This document shows positions 45,111 to 56,465 of a stretch of DNA of 64,000 bases, in pieces. The stretch covers positions 31,947-95,946 of the forward strand of contig CAVKZJ010000004.1 of assembly GCA_963660905.1 (NCBI GenBank). The letters are read 5' to 3'. The stretch's first letter is position 1, and each line of letters starts with the position of its first letter. The position numbers were made by a program, and so were the translations under genes. Under the pieces are notes generated by a model, which saw only the letters and a program-made list of their open reading frames with translations, was not told where the DNA came from and made no database searches. The DNA is from a bacterium. Its GTDB lineage: Bacteria > Bacillota_I > Bacilli_A > RFN20 > CAG-288.

Positions 45111-47111
45111 TTATTTTTCGAGACTGGCTTTCAATTCGAGAATCTCATCACGGAGCTTGGCTGCGGATTCGAAATCCAGATTCTTCGCCGCCTTGTTCAT
45201 TTCCGAAGTCAGATTCTTGATCAGGAGCTGTGTCTGCTTGGCACTCATCTTGCCATTCTTATTCTTCTCATGCTTGGCTCCATTCTCGTCATCAATCATA
45301 TGGAGAGGAGCCTGGATCGGCTTGAGAATCGTTTTCGGAGTGATGCCGTGTTCCTGATTGTATTGTTCCTGAAGCGTTCTTCTTCTTTTGGTTTCCTTGA
45401 TGGTTGTATTCATGGCATCACTGACTTCATCACAATACATGATGACTTTTCCTGAGGCATTTCTTGCAGCACGTCCGGCAATCTGCGTCAAAGAGCGGGC
45501 CGAACGCAAAAAGCCCTGGCGATCGGCATCGAGTATGGCAATCAAGGAAACCTCGGGAATATCAAGTCCCTCTCGAAGAAGGTTGATGCCGACAAGGACG
45601 TCATAGATGCCTTTTCTCAGCTTATAGATGATTTCGCTTCTCTGCAGCGTGAGAATCTCATGCTGGAGATAGGCAACTTTCAAATCATGGCTCTTGAAGA
45701 AATCCGTCAGGTTCTCCGCATCCTTTACCGTCAGGGTGACCACCATGACTCTCTCATTCTTCTTGATTCTCTCCTGAATCTCCTTGAGGATGTCATAGAC
45801 CGGATTGTTCGTATTGAACCTCACTTCGATGACAGGATCCAAAAGCCCTGTTGGACGAATGATCTGTTCAACGCAGATCTGGTTCACCTTTTCGAGTTCA
45901 TAATCACCCGGCGTTGCCGAAGTGCAGATGACATTATTGATCTTCTTTTCAAATTCCTCGAACTGCAGGGGTCGATTATCCAAAGCGCTCGGAAGACGAA
46001 AACCGTATTCCACCAGCGTCTTCTTTCTTGCCCGATCCCCGTTGAACATGCCACCGATCTGCGGAATGGTCACATGGGATTCATCGATGAAGAGAAGGAA
46101 ATCCTTCGGGAAATAATCAAAAAGGGTATAGGGCGTCTCTCCTTCATTTCTTCCGTCAAAATGTCTCGAATAGTTTTCTATGCCCGAGCAGATTCCAAAT
46201 TCGCTTAGGGAATCAAGATCATGTTCCGTTCTCTGCTTGAGTCGCTCCGATTCCAGAAGCATTCCTTTTTCATCAAAGAATTTCAGACGCTCGATCAATT
46301 CCTCACGAATCGTCTTGCAGGCTTTCTGGATTCTTTCATTTCCGGAGGCGTGTTCATGAGCAGGAAAGAACGGGAAATAATCCACCGTATGGAGAAGTTC
46401 CCCTGTTGTGGGCCTAAGCTGATCGATTTCGCTGATTTCATCAAAATCAGAATAGACGCGGATGAAGAAGTCATCTCCATTCGGAGGATAGATATCCATA
46501 ACATCCCCTTTGATGGAAAAGCAGCCCGGCTTGAGATCCATATCGTTTCTTCGATACTGGGCCTGGATGAGTTTATTGGCAATATCATGCGGCGAGAAAG
46601 GCTCTCCGACATGAAGGGTAAAGGCAAGGTCACGATATTCATCCGGATCGCTCAAGCCATAGATTGCGGCCACCGAGCAGACGACAATCGTATCTTTCCT
46701 TTCCAGAAGAGAGTTGACTGCACTGGCTCTCATCATCTCGATTTCATCGTTCATGACGACTTCCTTGTCGATATAGGTATCTGTCTTAGGGATATAGGCT
46801 TCCGGCTGATAGAAATCGAAGTTTGAGATGAAATATTCGACTCTGTTATGTGGAAACAATTCCTTGAATTCACCATAAAGCTGAGCTGCCAATGTCTTGT
46901 TGTGAACCAAGACCATGGTCGTTCTCTGGGCTTGGGCGATGATGTTGGCCATGGTGAAGGTCTTTCCGGTTCCGGTGGCCCCTTTTAAGACCTGCCAGCG
47001 CTTATTTTCCTTTAGTCCCTTCACCAACTGTTCGATTGCCTGCGGCTGATCGCCCGTCGGCTTATAGGGTGAGACAATTTCAAATGGGTGTTCTTTGTCT
47101 GTCATATTCAT
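45111..47111 (-). CDS. uvrB: excinuclease ABC subunit B
   Basis: 666 aa. GATGTGKTFT, DESH, and the C-terminal UVR domain (LDFESAAKLRDEILELK). Confidence 0.99.
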   Translation of the reverse strand: MNMTDKEHPFEIVSPYKPTGDQPQAIEQLVKGLKENKRWQVLKGATGTGKTFTMANIIAQAQRTTMVLVHNKTLAAQLYGEFKELFPHNRVEYFISNFDFYQPEAYIPKTDTYIDKEVVMNDEIEMMRASAVNSLLERKDTIVVCSVAAIYGLSDPDEYRDLAFTLHVGEPFSPHDIANKLIQAQYRRNDMDLKPGCFSIKGDVMDIYPPNGDDFFIRVYSDFDEISEIDQLRPTTGELLHTVDYFPFFPAHEHASGNERIQKACKTIREELIERLKFFDEKGMLLESERLKQRTEHDLDSLSEFGICSGIENYSRHFDGRNEGETPYTLFDYFPKDFLLFIDESHVTIPQIGGMFNGDRARKKTLVEYGFRLPSALDNRPLQFEEFEKKINNVICTSATPGDYELEKVNQICVEQIIRPTGLLDPVIEVRFNTNNPVYDILKEIQERIKKNERVMVVTLTVKDAENLTDFFKSHDLKVAYLQHEILTLQRSEIIYKLRKGIYDVLVGINLLREGLDIPEVSLIAILDADRQGFLRSARSLTQIAGRAARNASGKVIMYCDEVSDAMNTTIKETKRRRTLQEQYNQEHGITPKTILKPIQAPLHMIDDENGAKHEKNKNGKMSAKQTQLLIKNLTSEMNKAAKNLDFESAAKLRDEILELKASLEK

Positions 47112-47115
47112 TTCC

Positions 47116-48567
47116 TCATCGGATTGTTTTCATGACATCGTCTTCATATTCAAGATATTTGTCGTAGGCTTCCTTATTGAGAATGTCATTGAGCGATTTG
47201 AGCATTCCGCCTTTTGAGTTGAACCCGACAAGGAGGGATGCATCCTCATATTTCACCGCCATGTTTTTGGCATAATCTTCAATTGCCGATGTGAAATGAT
47301 ATTCATTGGAATATTCACTCGGATACATATCCGGATAGAGAGCATCAAGGACCTTCAGAAAATGATTTTGTCCATATTCAGAAATGCCGATGGAGGAATA
47401 GTCCATCGAGGATCCCAAAAATGAATAGTCATAGGAATACGGATTGGTCGGTGTGATTCCTTTCTTATGGATGCAGATTGTATCCGTTCCATTCGGTCCA
47501 TAGACATAGGCATAGGTATAGCGCAGAACAGAGCCATCCGAGAAGGTCTTGAAACTCTGGGCGATTCCTTTCCCGTAGGACTTGAGGCCATAGGATTGGC
47601 AATTCGTTCCGGAAAGCATGGCAAGAGCAAAAATTTCGCTTGCGCTTGCCGTATTTCCATCCATCACGATCTTATAGCTTTCGAATTGGAATTCTGGATC
47701 TTTTGTCTGCGTCATCTGTTCGACGACTTCATCGTTCTTGTTTCTCAGCTGATAAATCAGGGTCGACTTTTTGACGAAAAGCTTCGCCATTTCCGCGGCC
47801 TGGGAAACATAGCCTCCTCCATTGCCTCTCAAATCCAAGACAAGATTCTTGATTTTTCCGCTATTGCTTTTTAAGATGCCCTCCAAAGCCAAGGCCGGCT
47901 TTCCTAAAAAAGTGTTTATCTTGACTGTCAGCGTATAGTCGTTTTCGACATTCGGCGTGGAAAGGAGAGTCACGTAATCCTCTTCATAGTCTCCTCTTGT
48001 CATATCGATGGAAAGATCCGTAGAGGTAGAATCCTTATTCTTTCTTTTTCCAGTGAAAAGAAAATGCGTTGTCGTGTCCTCAACAGATGAAAGTTTCTTG
48101 TTGATTTCATCTAAGGTATGTTCCTTGAAGGAAAATGTCTCCTCATCTCCGATCTTCACCGAATAGAGGACATCGCCACTGCGGAGATTGGCTTTATAGG
48201 CAGTCGAATTGCTATAGACTTCACGGACATAGATTCCCCCGTCGTAGTAATGGCTTGTGAAGCCAAAGCCTTTCCCATCCGTAGCGAGTCCCTGTCCTGC
48301 ATAGGTGGATGTATAGAATGTATAGGGATCATTCTGATCATTCGAAGCGGAAAGAACGACTCCCTGTGCAGCCAGCTGGTCAAGATATTCCGCCTCATTG
48401 CCAAAAAGCCACTCCTCTTTGAGCAGTCGGTATTCATCGACGATTTTCTGTTCGTCATCCGCTAATTTCATGCTGAAGCGTCCAAAGGCAAAACCGGCTC
48501 CTACACCAACAGAGAGAAACAAAATAGAGGAAAGGATGAGAATCCATCGATTTTTTCTTTTTTCCAT
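47116..48567 (-). CDS. S41-family C-terminal processing peptidase
   Basis: 483 aa from the ATG at 48567, with GGAGG upstream (the ORF-track start at 48642 is unlikely). N-terminal TM anchor, PDZ-like region, LVLDLRGNGGGYV, and catalytic-Ser region NTASASEIFA. Confidence 0.88.
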   Translation of the reverse strand: MEKRKNRWILILSSILFLSVGVGAGFAFGRFSMKLADDEQKIVDEYRLLKEEWLFGNEAEYLDQLAAQGVVLSASNDQNDPYTFYTSTYAGQGLATDGKGFGFTSHYYDGGIYVREVYSNSTAYKANLRSGDVLYSVKIGDEETFSFKEHTLDEINKKLSSVEDTTTHFLFTGKRKNKDSTSTDLSIDMTRGDYEEDYVTLLSTPNVENDYTLTVKINTFLGKPALALEGILKSNSGKIKNLVLDLRGNGGGYVSQAAEMAKLFVKKSTLIYQLRNKNDEVVEQMTQTKDPEFQFESYKIVMDGNTASASEIFALAMLSGTNCQSYGLKSYGKGIAQSFKTFSDGSVLRYTYAYVYGPNGTDTICIHKKGITPTNPYSYDYSFLGSSMDYSSIGISEYGQNHFLKVLDALYPDMYPSEYSNEYHFTSAIEDYAKNMAVKYEDASLLVGFNSKGGMLKSLNDILNKEAYDKYLEYEDDVMKTIR

Positions 48568-48811
48568 ACAGCGCCTCCAAGGAAGTAAAACGAATTTATT
48601 ATACCCATATTCCGATTCTTTTCCTATAAAGAAATATTTCATGAAAAAGAAAAGAAAATCTCAAAATATAAAAGAATCTTTTCATCCTTTGCCAATCTTA
48701 TAAAACATTCAAAAAAGAAAGAAGAGCGCCTATGAAACCTCTTTCTTGAAAATATTGTTAAGCAATTACCCTCTCTATGATAAACTAGCAGTGTCGTTTC
48801 ACATCATCGAT

Positions 48812-48880
48812 TCTTATATAATAGCTTTAATAAGGTAAGCGAGTTTCTACCTCTGGGCCGTAAATCCGGAGACTATGAGA
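48812..48880 (+). promoter_or_regulatory. purine riboswitch aptamer, guanine class
   Basis: TCTTATA-TAAT-AGCTTTAATAAGGTAAGC-GAGTTTCTACC-TCTGGGCCGTAAATCCGGAGA-C-TATGAGA. It has P1 pairing TCTTATA/TATGAGA and conserved J2/3 GTTTCTACC and L3 CCGTAAAT. There is a C immediately 5' of the P1 3' strand (the C74 position, which indicates guanine specificity). Confidence 0.9.
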
Positions 48881-48936
48881 TCAAAAGAAAAATCTTCTTT
48901 TTCTTTTGGTTATCATCTTAAAAAGGTGGTACATCC

Positions 48937-49017
48937 ATGACAGAACAACAATTTAAGCCGTCCATCATTGTGTCGAACCCCCTTTTTTCGAGCAGGCATT
49001 TTCTAGGCAGAGAATAA
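48937..49017 (+). CDS. possible 26-codon leader ORF inside the pur leader
   Basis: AAAGGTGG SD-like sequence (48923-48929), 7-nt spacer, then ATG. The product reads MTEQQFKPSIIVSNPLFSSRHFLGRE. The TAA stop (49015-49017) lies in the loop of the leader terminator. There is no evidence of translation, and it is too short for the ORF track. Confidence 0.3.
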   Translation: MTEQQFKPSIIVSNPLFSSRHFLGRE

Positions 49018-49031
49018 ACTCTGCCTTTTTT
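49006..49031 (+). terminator. leader terminator of the pur operon
   Basis: GGCAGAG-AATAAA-CTCTGCC followed by TTTTTT, ending 24 nt before the purE ATG. Confidence 0.8.
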
Positions 49032-49055
49032 CGTGCAAAAAAATAGGAGGTCAGC

Positions 49056-49526
49056 ATGATTCAGGTAGGCATCATTATGGGAAGCAAAAGCGATTATGAG
49101 GTGATGAAGAAGGCCTGCGAGGTCTTCGACGAATTTCAGGTGGAATATGAAAAGAAAATCGTTTCCGCCCACAGAACCCCGGAATTGCTCTATCAGTATG
49201 CAAAAACAGCCAAGGAAAGAGGCATCAAAGTCATCATCGCCGGAGCCGGGGGAGCCGCCCATCTGCCCGGAATGGTCTCTGCCATCACCACACTTCCTGT
49301 CATCGGCGTTCCCGTCAAGTCGAGCAATCTGAGCGGACTGGATTCTCTATTATCCATCGTCCAGATGCCTGGAGGTGTTCCTGTCGGCACCATGGCGATC
49401 AACGGAAGCAGGAATGCTGCGCTCTATGCCCTCTCCATCCTTGCCTTGCAGGATGAATCCATCGCCAAAAAGTTAGAGGCCTTCCGAACGAAGCAAACGG
49501 AGGAAGTCTTGCAAAGTGAGTTATGA
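49056..49526 (+). CDS. purE: N5-carboxyaminoimidazole ribonucleotide mutase
   Basis: 156 aa. GSKSD and [11 protein letters not shown] motifs, AGGAGG RBS. Confidence 0.97.
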   Translation: MIQVGIIMGSKSDYEVMKKACEVFDEFQVEYEKKIVSAHRTPELLYQYAKTAKERGIKVIIAGAGGAAHLPGMVSAITTLPVIGVPVKSSNLSGLDSLLSIVQMPGGVPVGTMAINGSRNAALYALSILALQDESIAKKLEAFRTKQTEEVLQSEL

Positions 49527-50610
49527 TATCGGCATCATCGGTGGCGGACAATTGGGCATGATGATGGTCGAGGAGCTCCAGAAATTAAATGGTTCTTCGA
49601 TCGTCCTTGATCCAAATCAGGAATGCTCCTGCAGCTTCGTCAGCAATAAGATCATCCAAGGAAGATATGATGATATAGAAAAGCTTGAGGAACTTGGAAC
49701 TCAATCCAAAGTCCTCTCTTATGAATTCGAGAACGTTCCCGGGGAAGCTCTAAGAAAATTGCATGGGCAGTTTTCGATCCCCCAGGGAATCAATCCTCTC
49801 TTAGATTCGCAAGATCGTCTTATTGAAAAAAACAATGCGACCAAGCATGGATTAAGGTGTGTCCCCTATATGGACTGCAAAGACACCAATGACCTATTGA
49901 AGGCCATCAACACACTGAAATTCCCTCTCGTCTATAAAACGAGAAGGGAAGGATATGACGGACATGGACAGGTCATCCTAAAGTCCGAGACGGATTTAGA
50001 AAAGCTTCAGCCCTACTTGGGAAAAGTCGATGGCATCATCGAAAAGAAAATCGATTTCGACTATGAATCCTCCCTGATTCTCATCCGTGACAAGGAAAAA
50101 ATCATCCATTTCCCGATGGGAAGAAACATTCATAAGGATGGCATTCTCGATTTGACGATCACTCCTTATGAACCGATCAAGGGAATCGAAAGCGAAATCA
50201 TCCATCAAAGCGAACAATTCATGATTTCAGCCGGCTACTATGGAATCCTGACCATTGAATTCTTCATCAAGGGAAAGGATTTCTTCTTCAATGAAATGGC
50301 CCCTCGCCCCCATAATTCCGGACATTACACCATCGAAGGATGCTCAACCAACCAATTCCTCGAACTCGATAAATTTCTCTTGGGGATTCCTCTTGAAGAG
50401 CCGACTCTCAAAGGACCCACGATCATGAAGAACATTCTTGGAAGAGACATGAAGAATCTTGAGAAGTACCTTCAGATTCCCAATCGCCATCTCCATATGT
50501 ATCACAAGAAAGAAGAAAGACCGCTCAGAAAACTCGGGCACATAACCTATGAAAATCTGACTTATGATGAATATCTAGACTGGAAAAAAAGACTGAATAT
50601 TGAGGATTAA
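49516..50610 (+). CDS. purK: N5-carboxyaminoimidazole ribonucleotide synthase
   Basis: 364 aa with an ATP-grasp fold pattern and [10 protein letters not shown]-terminus. GTG start overlapping the purE end. Confidence 0.92.
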   Translation: MSYDIGIIGGGQLGMMMVEELQKLNGSSIVLDPNQECSCSFVSNKIIQGRYDDIEKLEELGTQSKVLSYEFENVPGEALRKLHGQFSIPQGINPLLDSQDRLIEKNNATKHGLRCVPYMDCKDTNDLLKAINTLKFPLVYKTRREGYDGHGQVILKSETDLEKLQPYLGKVDGIIEKKIDFDYESSLILIRDKEKIIHFPMGRNIHKDGILDLTITPYEPIKGIESEIIHQSEQFMISAGYYGILTIEFFIKGKDFFFNEMAPRPHNSGHYTIEGCSTNQFLELDKFLLGIPLEEPTLKGPTIMKNILGRDMKNLEKYLQIPNRHLHMYHKKEERPLRKLGHITYENLTYDEYLDWKKRLNIED

Positions 50611-50614
50611 ACAA

Positions 50615-53600
50615 ATGAAAAAAAGAATCTTTGTCGAAAAGAAAACCGCCTTCCAAGTCGAAGCCGATTCCTTATTCGAAGAATTGAAAAGAAACTTCGA
50701 TCTGAAGGACAATTCCATCCGTCTGATCAATGTCTATGATGTTTTCAACATTCAGGAAGATCTGTTAAACGAATCTCTCTACACCGTCTTCGGAGAAAAA
50801 GTCACAGACAATGTCTTCTTCGATTTAGACATCAAAAATAAGTCCTATCTTGCCGTCGAATATCTTCCAGGCCAATACGACCAAAGAGCCAGCCAGGCTG
50901 AAGCCTGCCTAAGACTGATCGACCCGAGCTGCAAGGCGAGAGTCAAAAGCGGACACGTCATTCTTTTTGAAAAGCCGATTGAGGAAGAACTTCTCAAGAA
51001 GATTGAAGCCTATCATATAAACCCAGTCGAATCGAGAATCAAGGATCTTTCCATCCTGAAGGAATTCACAAAGGCAGAAGCAATGCCAGTCCATATCATC
51101 GAGAATTTCCGCAATTTGGAAGACCTCGATGGCTTTATCGCCAAATACGGCCTTGCCATGAACAAGGATGATTTAGCCTGCGTCATCGACTACTTCAAAA
51201 AGGAAGGAAGAGATCCCTATGAGACGGAAATCCGAATCCTTGACACCTATTGGTCAGACCATTGCCGCCATACGACTTTCACAACCCAGCTGAACAACAT
51301 CACAATCAAGGAAGGGTATCTCTCAAAGGAGATGACACTCGCCTATGACCTCTATCTTGACATGAGAAAAGATCTCCACAGGGAAGAAAAGAAAATCTGC
51401 CTCATGGATATGGCAACCATCGCTGCCAAATACCTTCAGAAGCACGGCTATCTTGATGACTTGGAAGTCAGCGAGGAAAACAATGCCTGCTCCATCTATG
51501 TCAATGTCAAAGAAAACAAGAAAGAAGAAAAATGGCTTCTTCAGTTCAAGAACGAAACCCACAATCATCCCACCGAAATCGAGCCTTTCGGCGGTGCATC
51601 GACCTGCCTTGGCGGTGCCATCCGCGATCCGCTTTCTGGAAGAAGCTATGTCTATCAGGCCATGCGTGTCACCGGTAGCGGTGATATCTATCAGGCCTAC
51701 AAAGATACATTGGAAGGAAAACTTCCACAGCTAGTCATCTCCATCAAGGCCGCCCAAGGCTATTCGAGTTATGGAAACCAAATCGGCTTAGCCACGACCC
51801 ACGTCAAGGAAATCTACCATGACGGCTACATCGCCAAGAGATTGGAAGTCGGTGCTGTCGTCGGTGCCGTCCGCGCAAAAGATGTGAGAAGAGAAACTCC
51901 GGTTCCTGGCGATGTCATCCTGATGTTAGGCGGAAAAACCGGAAGAGATGGAATCGGCGGTGCCACGGGAAGCAGCAAGAAGCATAACATCCATTCCATC
52001 GAAACATGTTCGAGCGAAGTTCAGAAAGGCAATGCCCCAGAGGAAAGAAAAATCGAGCATCTCTTCAGAAGGGAAGAGGTCACGAAGCTCATCAAGAAGT
52101 CCAATGACTTCGGTGCCGGAGGCGTTTCCGTTGCCATCGGCGAATTGGCCCCTGGATTGGCTGTCTACCTTGACAAAGTCCCGGTGAAATATAGTGGACT
52201 CAATGCCACAGAATTGGCGATTTCTGAATCACAGGAAAGAATGGCCGTTGTCATTTCACCGGAAGACGAAAGAAAATTCATCCGTTATTGCAAAGAAGAA
52301 AATATCGAAGTCACCCATGTTGCAGATGTCATTGAAGAGCCAAGACTCATCATGTACTTCAAGGGAATCAAATACGTCGACCTGAAAAGAAGCTTCATCG
52401 ATTCGGCCGGTGCCAAGCACCATACAGACTGTGTCGTCCTTCCCCAGGAAGAGAAAGATATCTTCCATCGCGAGTGCAAGGACCTGAAGAAAGACACGCT
52501 TGCCCTTCTTGCCGATAAGAACGTCGCCTCCCAGAAAGGCTTGGTCGAAATGTTCGATTCCACCATCGGACGTTCCACCGTCTTGATGCCCTATGGAGGA
52601 AAATACCAGCTCAGCGAAACTCAGGTGTCCTGTCAGAAGCTTCCTGTCGGGGACAAGAAAACCTCGACCTGTTCCATGATGAGCTTCGGCTATGATCCAT
52701 TCATCAGCGAAATTTCTCCTTTCCTCGGTGCCCAATATGCCGTGATCGATTCCATCAGCAAAGTCGTGGCCGCCGGTGGAAAATATGAGACGATGCGTTT
52801 CTCCTATCAGGAATATTTCGAGAAGATGACTTCTCCTGAGACCTTCGGAAAACCATTCTCTGCTCTTCTTGGTGCCATCAAGATCCAGAATGATTTCCAT
52901 CTCCCGAGCATCGGCGGAAAAGATTCCATGTCCGGAAGCTTCGATAGCATCCATGTCCCACCCATGCTCATGGCCTTTGGCATCACTCTTGTCGATGCAA
53001 GCGAGGTCATCTCCACGGATTTCAAGAAGGCTGGACATCATCTCTATCTCATCAAGCATGATCCACTCGCTTCCCAGATGCCAAATATCGATCAGCTGAA
53101 GAAGAATTTCTCCTTCGTGCATGAAAAGATTGTCTCGAAGACGATTGTCTCTGCCTTCGCCTTGGGCTTTGGCGGATTGATGGAAGCCTTGGTGAAATGT
53201 TCTCTTGGATCGAAAATCGGTTTCGAAGTGAAATATCCAGCTGAAAAAGCCCTTGACAAGTCGATCGGCAGCATCCTTGTCGAGACAACAGAAAAAATCG
53301 ACTTTGAGAATGCCATCTATCTTGGTCAGACGAAGAAGAACCAATATCATATCAACGATGTCCGTTTCCGCTATCAGGAACTCTATGATGCCAACTTCAC
53401 TGGCTATAGCAAGGTCTATCCGATTTCAACAGACAAGACAAACACAGACTACTCAAAAAGCGTCGCTGCCAAGATTCCTTCCTATCCCTATGAAAAGAAG
53501 GAACATCCGCTTGTCTATATTCCTGTCTTCCCGGGAACCAACTGCGACTACGACTCCAAGAAGGCATTCCTGAAAGCCGGAGCCAGAGTCAAGACAAGCG

Positions 53601-54304
53601 TCTTCCGCAACCAAAGCAGCGTCGATGTGAATAAGTCCATCCATGAGATGAGGAAATGGATCGACGAATGCGATATTTTGATGCTTGCCGGCGGATTCTC
53701 CGCTGCCGATGAACCAGATGGTTCAGGAAAATTCATCGCCAACATTCTCAACAATGAACTCATCCGCCATGCGATTGAGGATCTATTGAAGAGAAAAGGA
53801 CTGATTCTTGGCATCTGCAACGGATTCCAGGCGTTGATCAAATGCGGTCTTCTCCCCTATGGAAAATTCAATTGCCTGAACGAAGAATCACCAACCCTTT
53901 TCAGAAACGATATCAACCGCCACATCTCCCATATCGCATCCACAAAGGTCATCAATACGAATTCGCCATGGTTAAGTGGATTTAAGAAAGATGAAGTCTA
54001 TCAGGTCGCCATCTCCCATGGTGAAGGAAAATTCACCTGCACCGAAGAAATGGCCATGAGCCTCTTCGATAAGGGCATGGTCGCCTTCCAGTATTGCGAT
54101 CCATCGGGCCATATCGCGACAGATTCGACCTACAATCCAAACGGATCGAGCTATGCCATCGAGGGCATCACATCCGAAGATGGACTGATTCTCGGAAAGA
54201 TGGGACATAGTGAAAGATATGAAGAAGACAACTTCAAAAACATCTACGGAAACAAAGATGAAAACATATTCCGAAACGCCGTGAACTATTTCAGAAAAAA
54301 ATAA
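50615..54304 (+). CDS. purL: phosphoribosylformylglycinamidine synthase, single-chain large form
   Basis: 1229 aa from the ATG at 50615 (the ORF-track start at 50600 is TTG). It has an N-terminal PurS-like region, AIRS-type synthetase domains, and a C-terminal glutamine amidotransferase domain (GICNGFQ, HGEG). Confidence 0.95.
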   Translation: MKKRIFVEKKTAFQVEADSLFEELKRNFDLKDNSIRLINVYDVFNIQEDLLNESLYTVFGEKVTDNVFFDLDIKNKSYLAVEYLPGQYDQRASQAEACLRLIDPSCKARVKSGHVILFEKPIEEELLKKIEAYHINPVESRIKDLSILKEFTKAEAMPVHIIENFRNLEDLDGFIAKYGLAMNKDDLACVIDYFKKEGRDPYETEIRILDTYWSDHCRHTTFTTQLNNITIKEGYLSKEMTLAYDLYLDMRKDLHREEKKICLMDMATIAAKYLQKHGYLDDLEVSEENNACSIYVNVKENKKEEKWLLQFKNETHNHPTEIEPFGGASTCLGGAIRDPLSGRSYVYQAMRVTGSGDIYQAYKDTLEGKLPQLVISIKAAQGYSSYGNQIGLATTHVKEIYHDGYIAKRLEVGAVVGAVRAKDVRRETPVPGDVILMLGGKTGRDGIGGATGSSKKHNIHSIETCSSEVQKGNAPEERKIEHLFRREEVTKLIKKSNDFGAGGVSVAIGELAPGLAVYLDKVPVKYSGLNATELAISESQERMAVVISPEDERKFIRYCKEENIEVTHVADVIEEPRLIMYFKGIKYVDLKRSFIDSAGAKHHTDCVVLPQEEKDIFHRECKDLKKDTLALLADKNVASQKGLVEMFDSTIGRSTVLMPYGGKYQLSETQVSCQKLPVGDKKTSTCSMMSFGYDPFISEISPFLGAQYAVIDSISKVVAAGGKYETMRFSYQEYFEKMTSPETFGKPFSALLGAIKIQNDFHLPSIGGKDSMSGSFDSIHVPPMLMAFGITLVDASEVISTDFKKAGHHLYLIKHDPLASQMPNIDQLKKNFSFVHEKIVSKTIVSAFALGFGGLMEALVKCSLGSKIGFEVKYPAEKALDKSIGSILVETTEKIDFENAIYLGQTKKNQYHINDVRFRYQELYDANFTGYSKVYPISTDKTNTDYSKSVAAKIPSYPYEKKEHPLVYIPVFPGTNCDYDSKKAFLKAGARVKTSVFRNQSSVDVNKSIHEMRKWIDECDILMLAGGFSAADEPDGSGKFIANILNNELIRHAIEDLLKRKGLILGICNGFQALIKCGLLPYGKFNCLNEESPTLFRNDINRHISHIASTKVINTNSPWLSGFKKDEVYQVAISHGEGKFTCTEEMAMSLFDKGMVAFQYCDPSGHIATDSTYNPNGSSYAIEGITSEDGLILGKMGHSERYEEDNFKNIYGNKDENIFRNAVNYFRKK

Positions 54305-54317
54305 AAAAAGGAGATCA

Positions 54318-55037
54318 ATGATCATGAAACAGTTAGACATGTTGTATGAAGGAAAAGCCAAGCAGGTTTTCGCTACCGATGATAAGGATCTCATCGTCAT
54401 TCACTACAAGGATGATGCCACAGCCTTCAACGGCATCAAGAAAGCCCAGATTTCCAAAAAAGGCATTCTGAACAACGAAATCACCACCATCCTCTTCGAT
54501 GAACTCATCAAGGAAGGCATTCCAACCCACTTCGTCAAGAAGCTCAACGACCGTGACCAACTCTGCAAGAAAGTCAAAATCTTCCCTCTTGAGGTCATCG
54601 TCAGAAACATCATCGCCGGTTCAATGGCAAAAAGACTCGATATCCCCGAGGGAACCAAGATCAGCAACACTGTGTATGAACTCTGCTACAAGAACGACAA
54701 ATTAGGCGATCCGCTCATCAATGAACATCATGCCGTCGCCTTAGGCGTCGCCAGCTATGAAGAACTCAAGACCATCTATGATCTCACGATGAAGATCAAT
54801 GAAATCCTCAAGAAGATTTTCGCCTCCATCAATATCACATTGGTCGATTTCAAGATCGAATTCGGAAAAACCAGCGATGGAACCATCGTCCTGGCGGATG
54901 AAATCTCCCCAGACACCTGCCGTTTCTGGGATGCGACCACCAATGACAAATTGGATAAAGATCGCTTCCGCAGAGATTTAGGAAAGGTCATCGAAGCCTA
55001 CGAAGAAATCCTCTCCCGCCTTCAGAATCGAAAATAA
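54318..55037 (+). CDS. purC: SAICAR synthase
   Basis: 239 aa. LYEGKAK, and [12 protein letters not shown]. The ATG at 54324 is an alternative start. Confidence 0.97.
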   Translation: MIMKQLDMLYEGKAKQVFATDDKDLIVIHYKDDATAFNGIKKAQISKKGILNNEITTILFDELIKEGIPTHFVKKLNDRDQLCKKVKIFPLEVIVRNIIAGSMAKRLDIPEGTKISNTVYELCYKNDKLGDPLINEHHAVALGVASYEELKTIYDLTMKINEILKKIFASINITLVDFKIEFGKTSDGTIVLADEISPDTCRFWDATTNDKLDKDRFRRDLGKVIEAYEEILSRLQNRK

Positions 55038-55041
55038 GGCT

Positions 55042-56454
55042 ATGGATAGCATTTCAGTTGTCAAAGGGTTGCATGAGGAATGCGGTGTCTTCGGCGTCTT
55101 CCAGGTGGAGAATGCCAGCCAGAACATCTATTTCGGATTGCATTCCTTACAGCATCGAGGCCAGGAAGGATGCGGCATCGTCTCTGTGGATGAAACGGGA
55201 CATCTTTCGAGGATCAAAGGCGAAGGATTGGTCAGCGAAGTCTTCACCACGGAAAAGCTTCTTTCCCTGAAAGGAAACACGGGCATCGGACATGTCCGCT
55301 ATGCCACCACGGGAGGCGGAGGTATCGAAAATGTCCAGCCCTTCCTCTTCCGTCACCACGGCGGCGACTTTGCCCTGGCCCATAACGGCAACCTTGTCAA
55401 TTCGACGGAGCTGAGAAGCTATCTCGAAGACCAAGGTTCCATCTTCCAATCCACATCGGATTCAGAAATTCTCGCTCATCTCATCAAAAAGGATAATCCC
55501 GAAACAAAGAGAATCGATGTCATCATCAATGCATTGAATCTCCTAGAAGGATCTTTTGCCTTTCTGATCGTGACAAAGGACCGTCTTTATGCCTGCAGAG
55601 ACAAATACGGCCTTCGTCCTCTTTCCATCGGAAAACTCCAGAATGGCTATGTCTTCTCAAGCGAGACCTGCGGATTGAACGCCGTCGGCGCACAATTCTA
55701 TCGCGATGTCAACCCTGGCGAGGTCGTCATGGTCGACAAGGATGGTCTTCATTCCTATGATTATTCCATCTACAAAAGACACCACATGTGTGCCATGGAA
55801 TACATCTATTTCTCCAGACCCGACAGCGATATCGAAGGACTCAATGTCCATGCCTTCCGCAAGGAATCCGGACGCATGCTCTATCGTGAGGCTCCCGTGG
55901 ATGCCGATATCGTCATCGGCGTCCCTGATTCTTCTCTCTCGGCTGCCATCGGCTATGCCGAGGAAAGCCACATTCCCTATGAACTCGGCTTGGTGAAGAA
56001 CAAATATGTCGGCCGTTCCTTCATCCAGCCAAACCAGGAGATGAGAGATCTCGCCGTGAAGATGAAGCTTTCCCCGGTCGTCAGCATCGTCAAGGACAAA
56101 AGAGTCGTCCTGATCGATGACTCGATCGTCAGAGGAACCACAAGTAAGAGAATCATCCGACTTCTGAAGGAAGCCGGAGCCAAGGAAGTCCATATGCGCA
56201 TCGCTTCCCCGCAGATCATCTCTCCCTGCTTCTATGGCGTGGACATCTCCACTTATGACGAGCTCATCAGTGCGCATCATTCCATCGAGGAAGTCAAAGA
56301 GAAGATCGGTGCGGATTCCCTTGCCTTCCTTTCCGAGAAATCCCTCTTCGAAGTCGCCAAGAGAAATCAGCTCTGCACCGCCTGCTTCACCGGGAAATAT
56401 CCGACTGAACTCTATTCTTCCATCTTTGACGCCAATAAGGATCATAAATTTTAG
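55042..56454 (+). CDS. purF: amidophosphoribosyltransferase
   Basis: 470 aa. Propeptide followed by the catalytic Cys (HEECGVFGV), and PRPP-binding [13 protein letters not shown]. Confidence 0.97.
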   Translation: MDSISVVKGLHEECGVFGVFQVENASQNIYFGLHSLQHRGQEGCGIVSVDETGHLSRIKGEGLVSEVFTTEKLLSLKGNTGIGHVRYATTGGGGIENVQPFLFRHHGGDFALAHNGNLVNSTELRSYLEDQGSIFQSTSDSEILAHLIKKDNPETKRIDVIINALNLLEGSFAFLIVTKDRLYACRDKYGLRPLSIGKLQNGYVFSSETCGLNAVGAQFYRDVNPGEVVMVDKDGLHSYDYSIYKRHHMCAMEYIYFSRPDSDIEGLNVHAFRKESGRMLYREAPVDADIVIGVPDSSLSAAIGYAEESHIPYELGLVKNKYVGRSFIQPNQEMRDLAVKMKLSPVVSIVKDKRVVLIDDSIVRGTTSKRIIRLLKEAGAKEVHMRIASPQIISPCFYGVDISTYDELISAHHSIEEVKEKIGADSLAFLSEKSLFEVAKRNQLCTACFTGKYPTELYSSIFDANKDHKF

Positions 56455-56465
56455 AGGTAAACATT

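Noticed and set aside
48921-48934. T-box-like string AAGGTGGTAC in the pur leader
   Set aside because: It matches only the GGTGGTAC core. There is no Stem I, specifier loop or ACCGCG continuation. It is better explained as an SD-like sequence for the 26-codon sORF, or as chance.
48918-49262. 114-aa minus-strand ORF covering the pur leader terminator and the purE start
   Set aside because: It is antisense to purE and the riboswitch platform and has no supporting signals.
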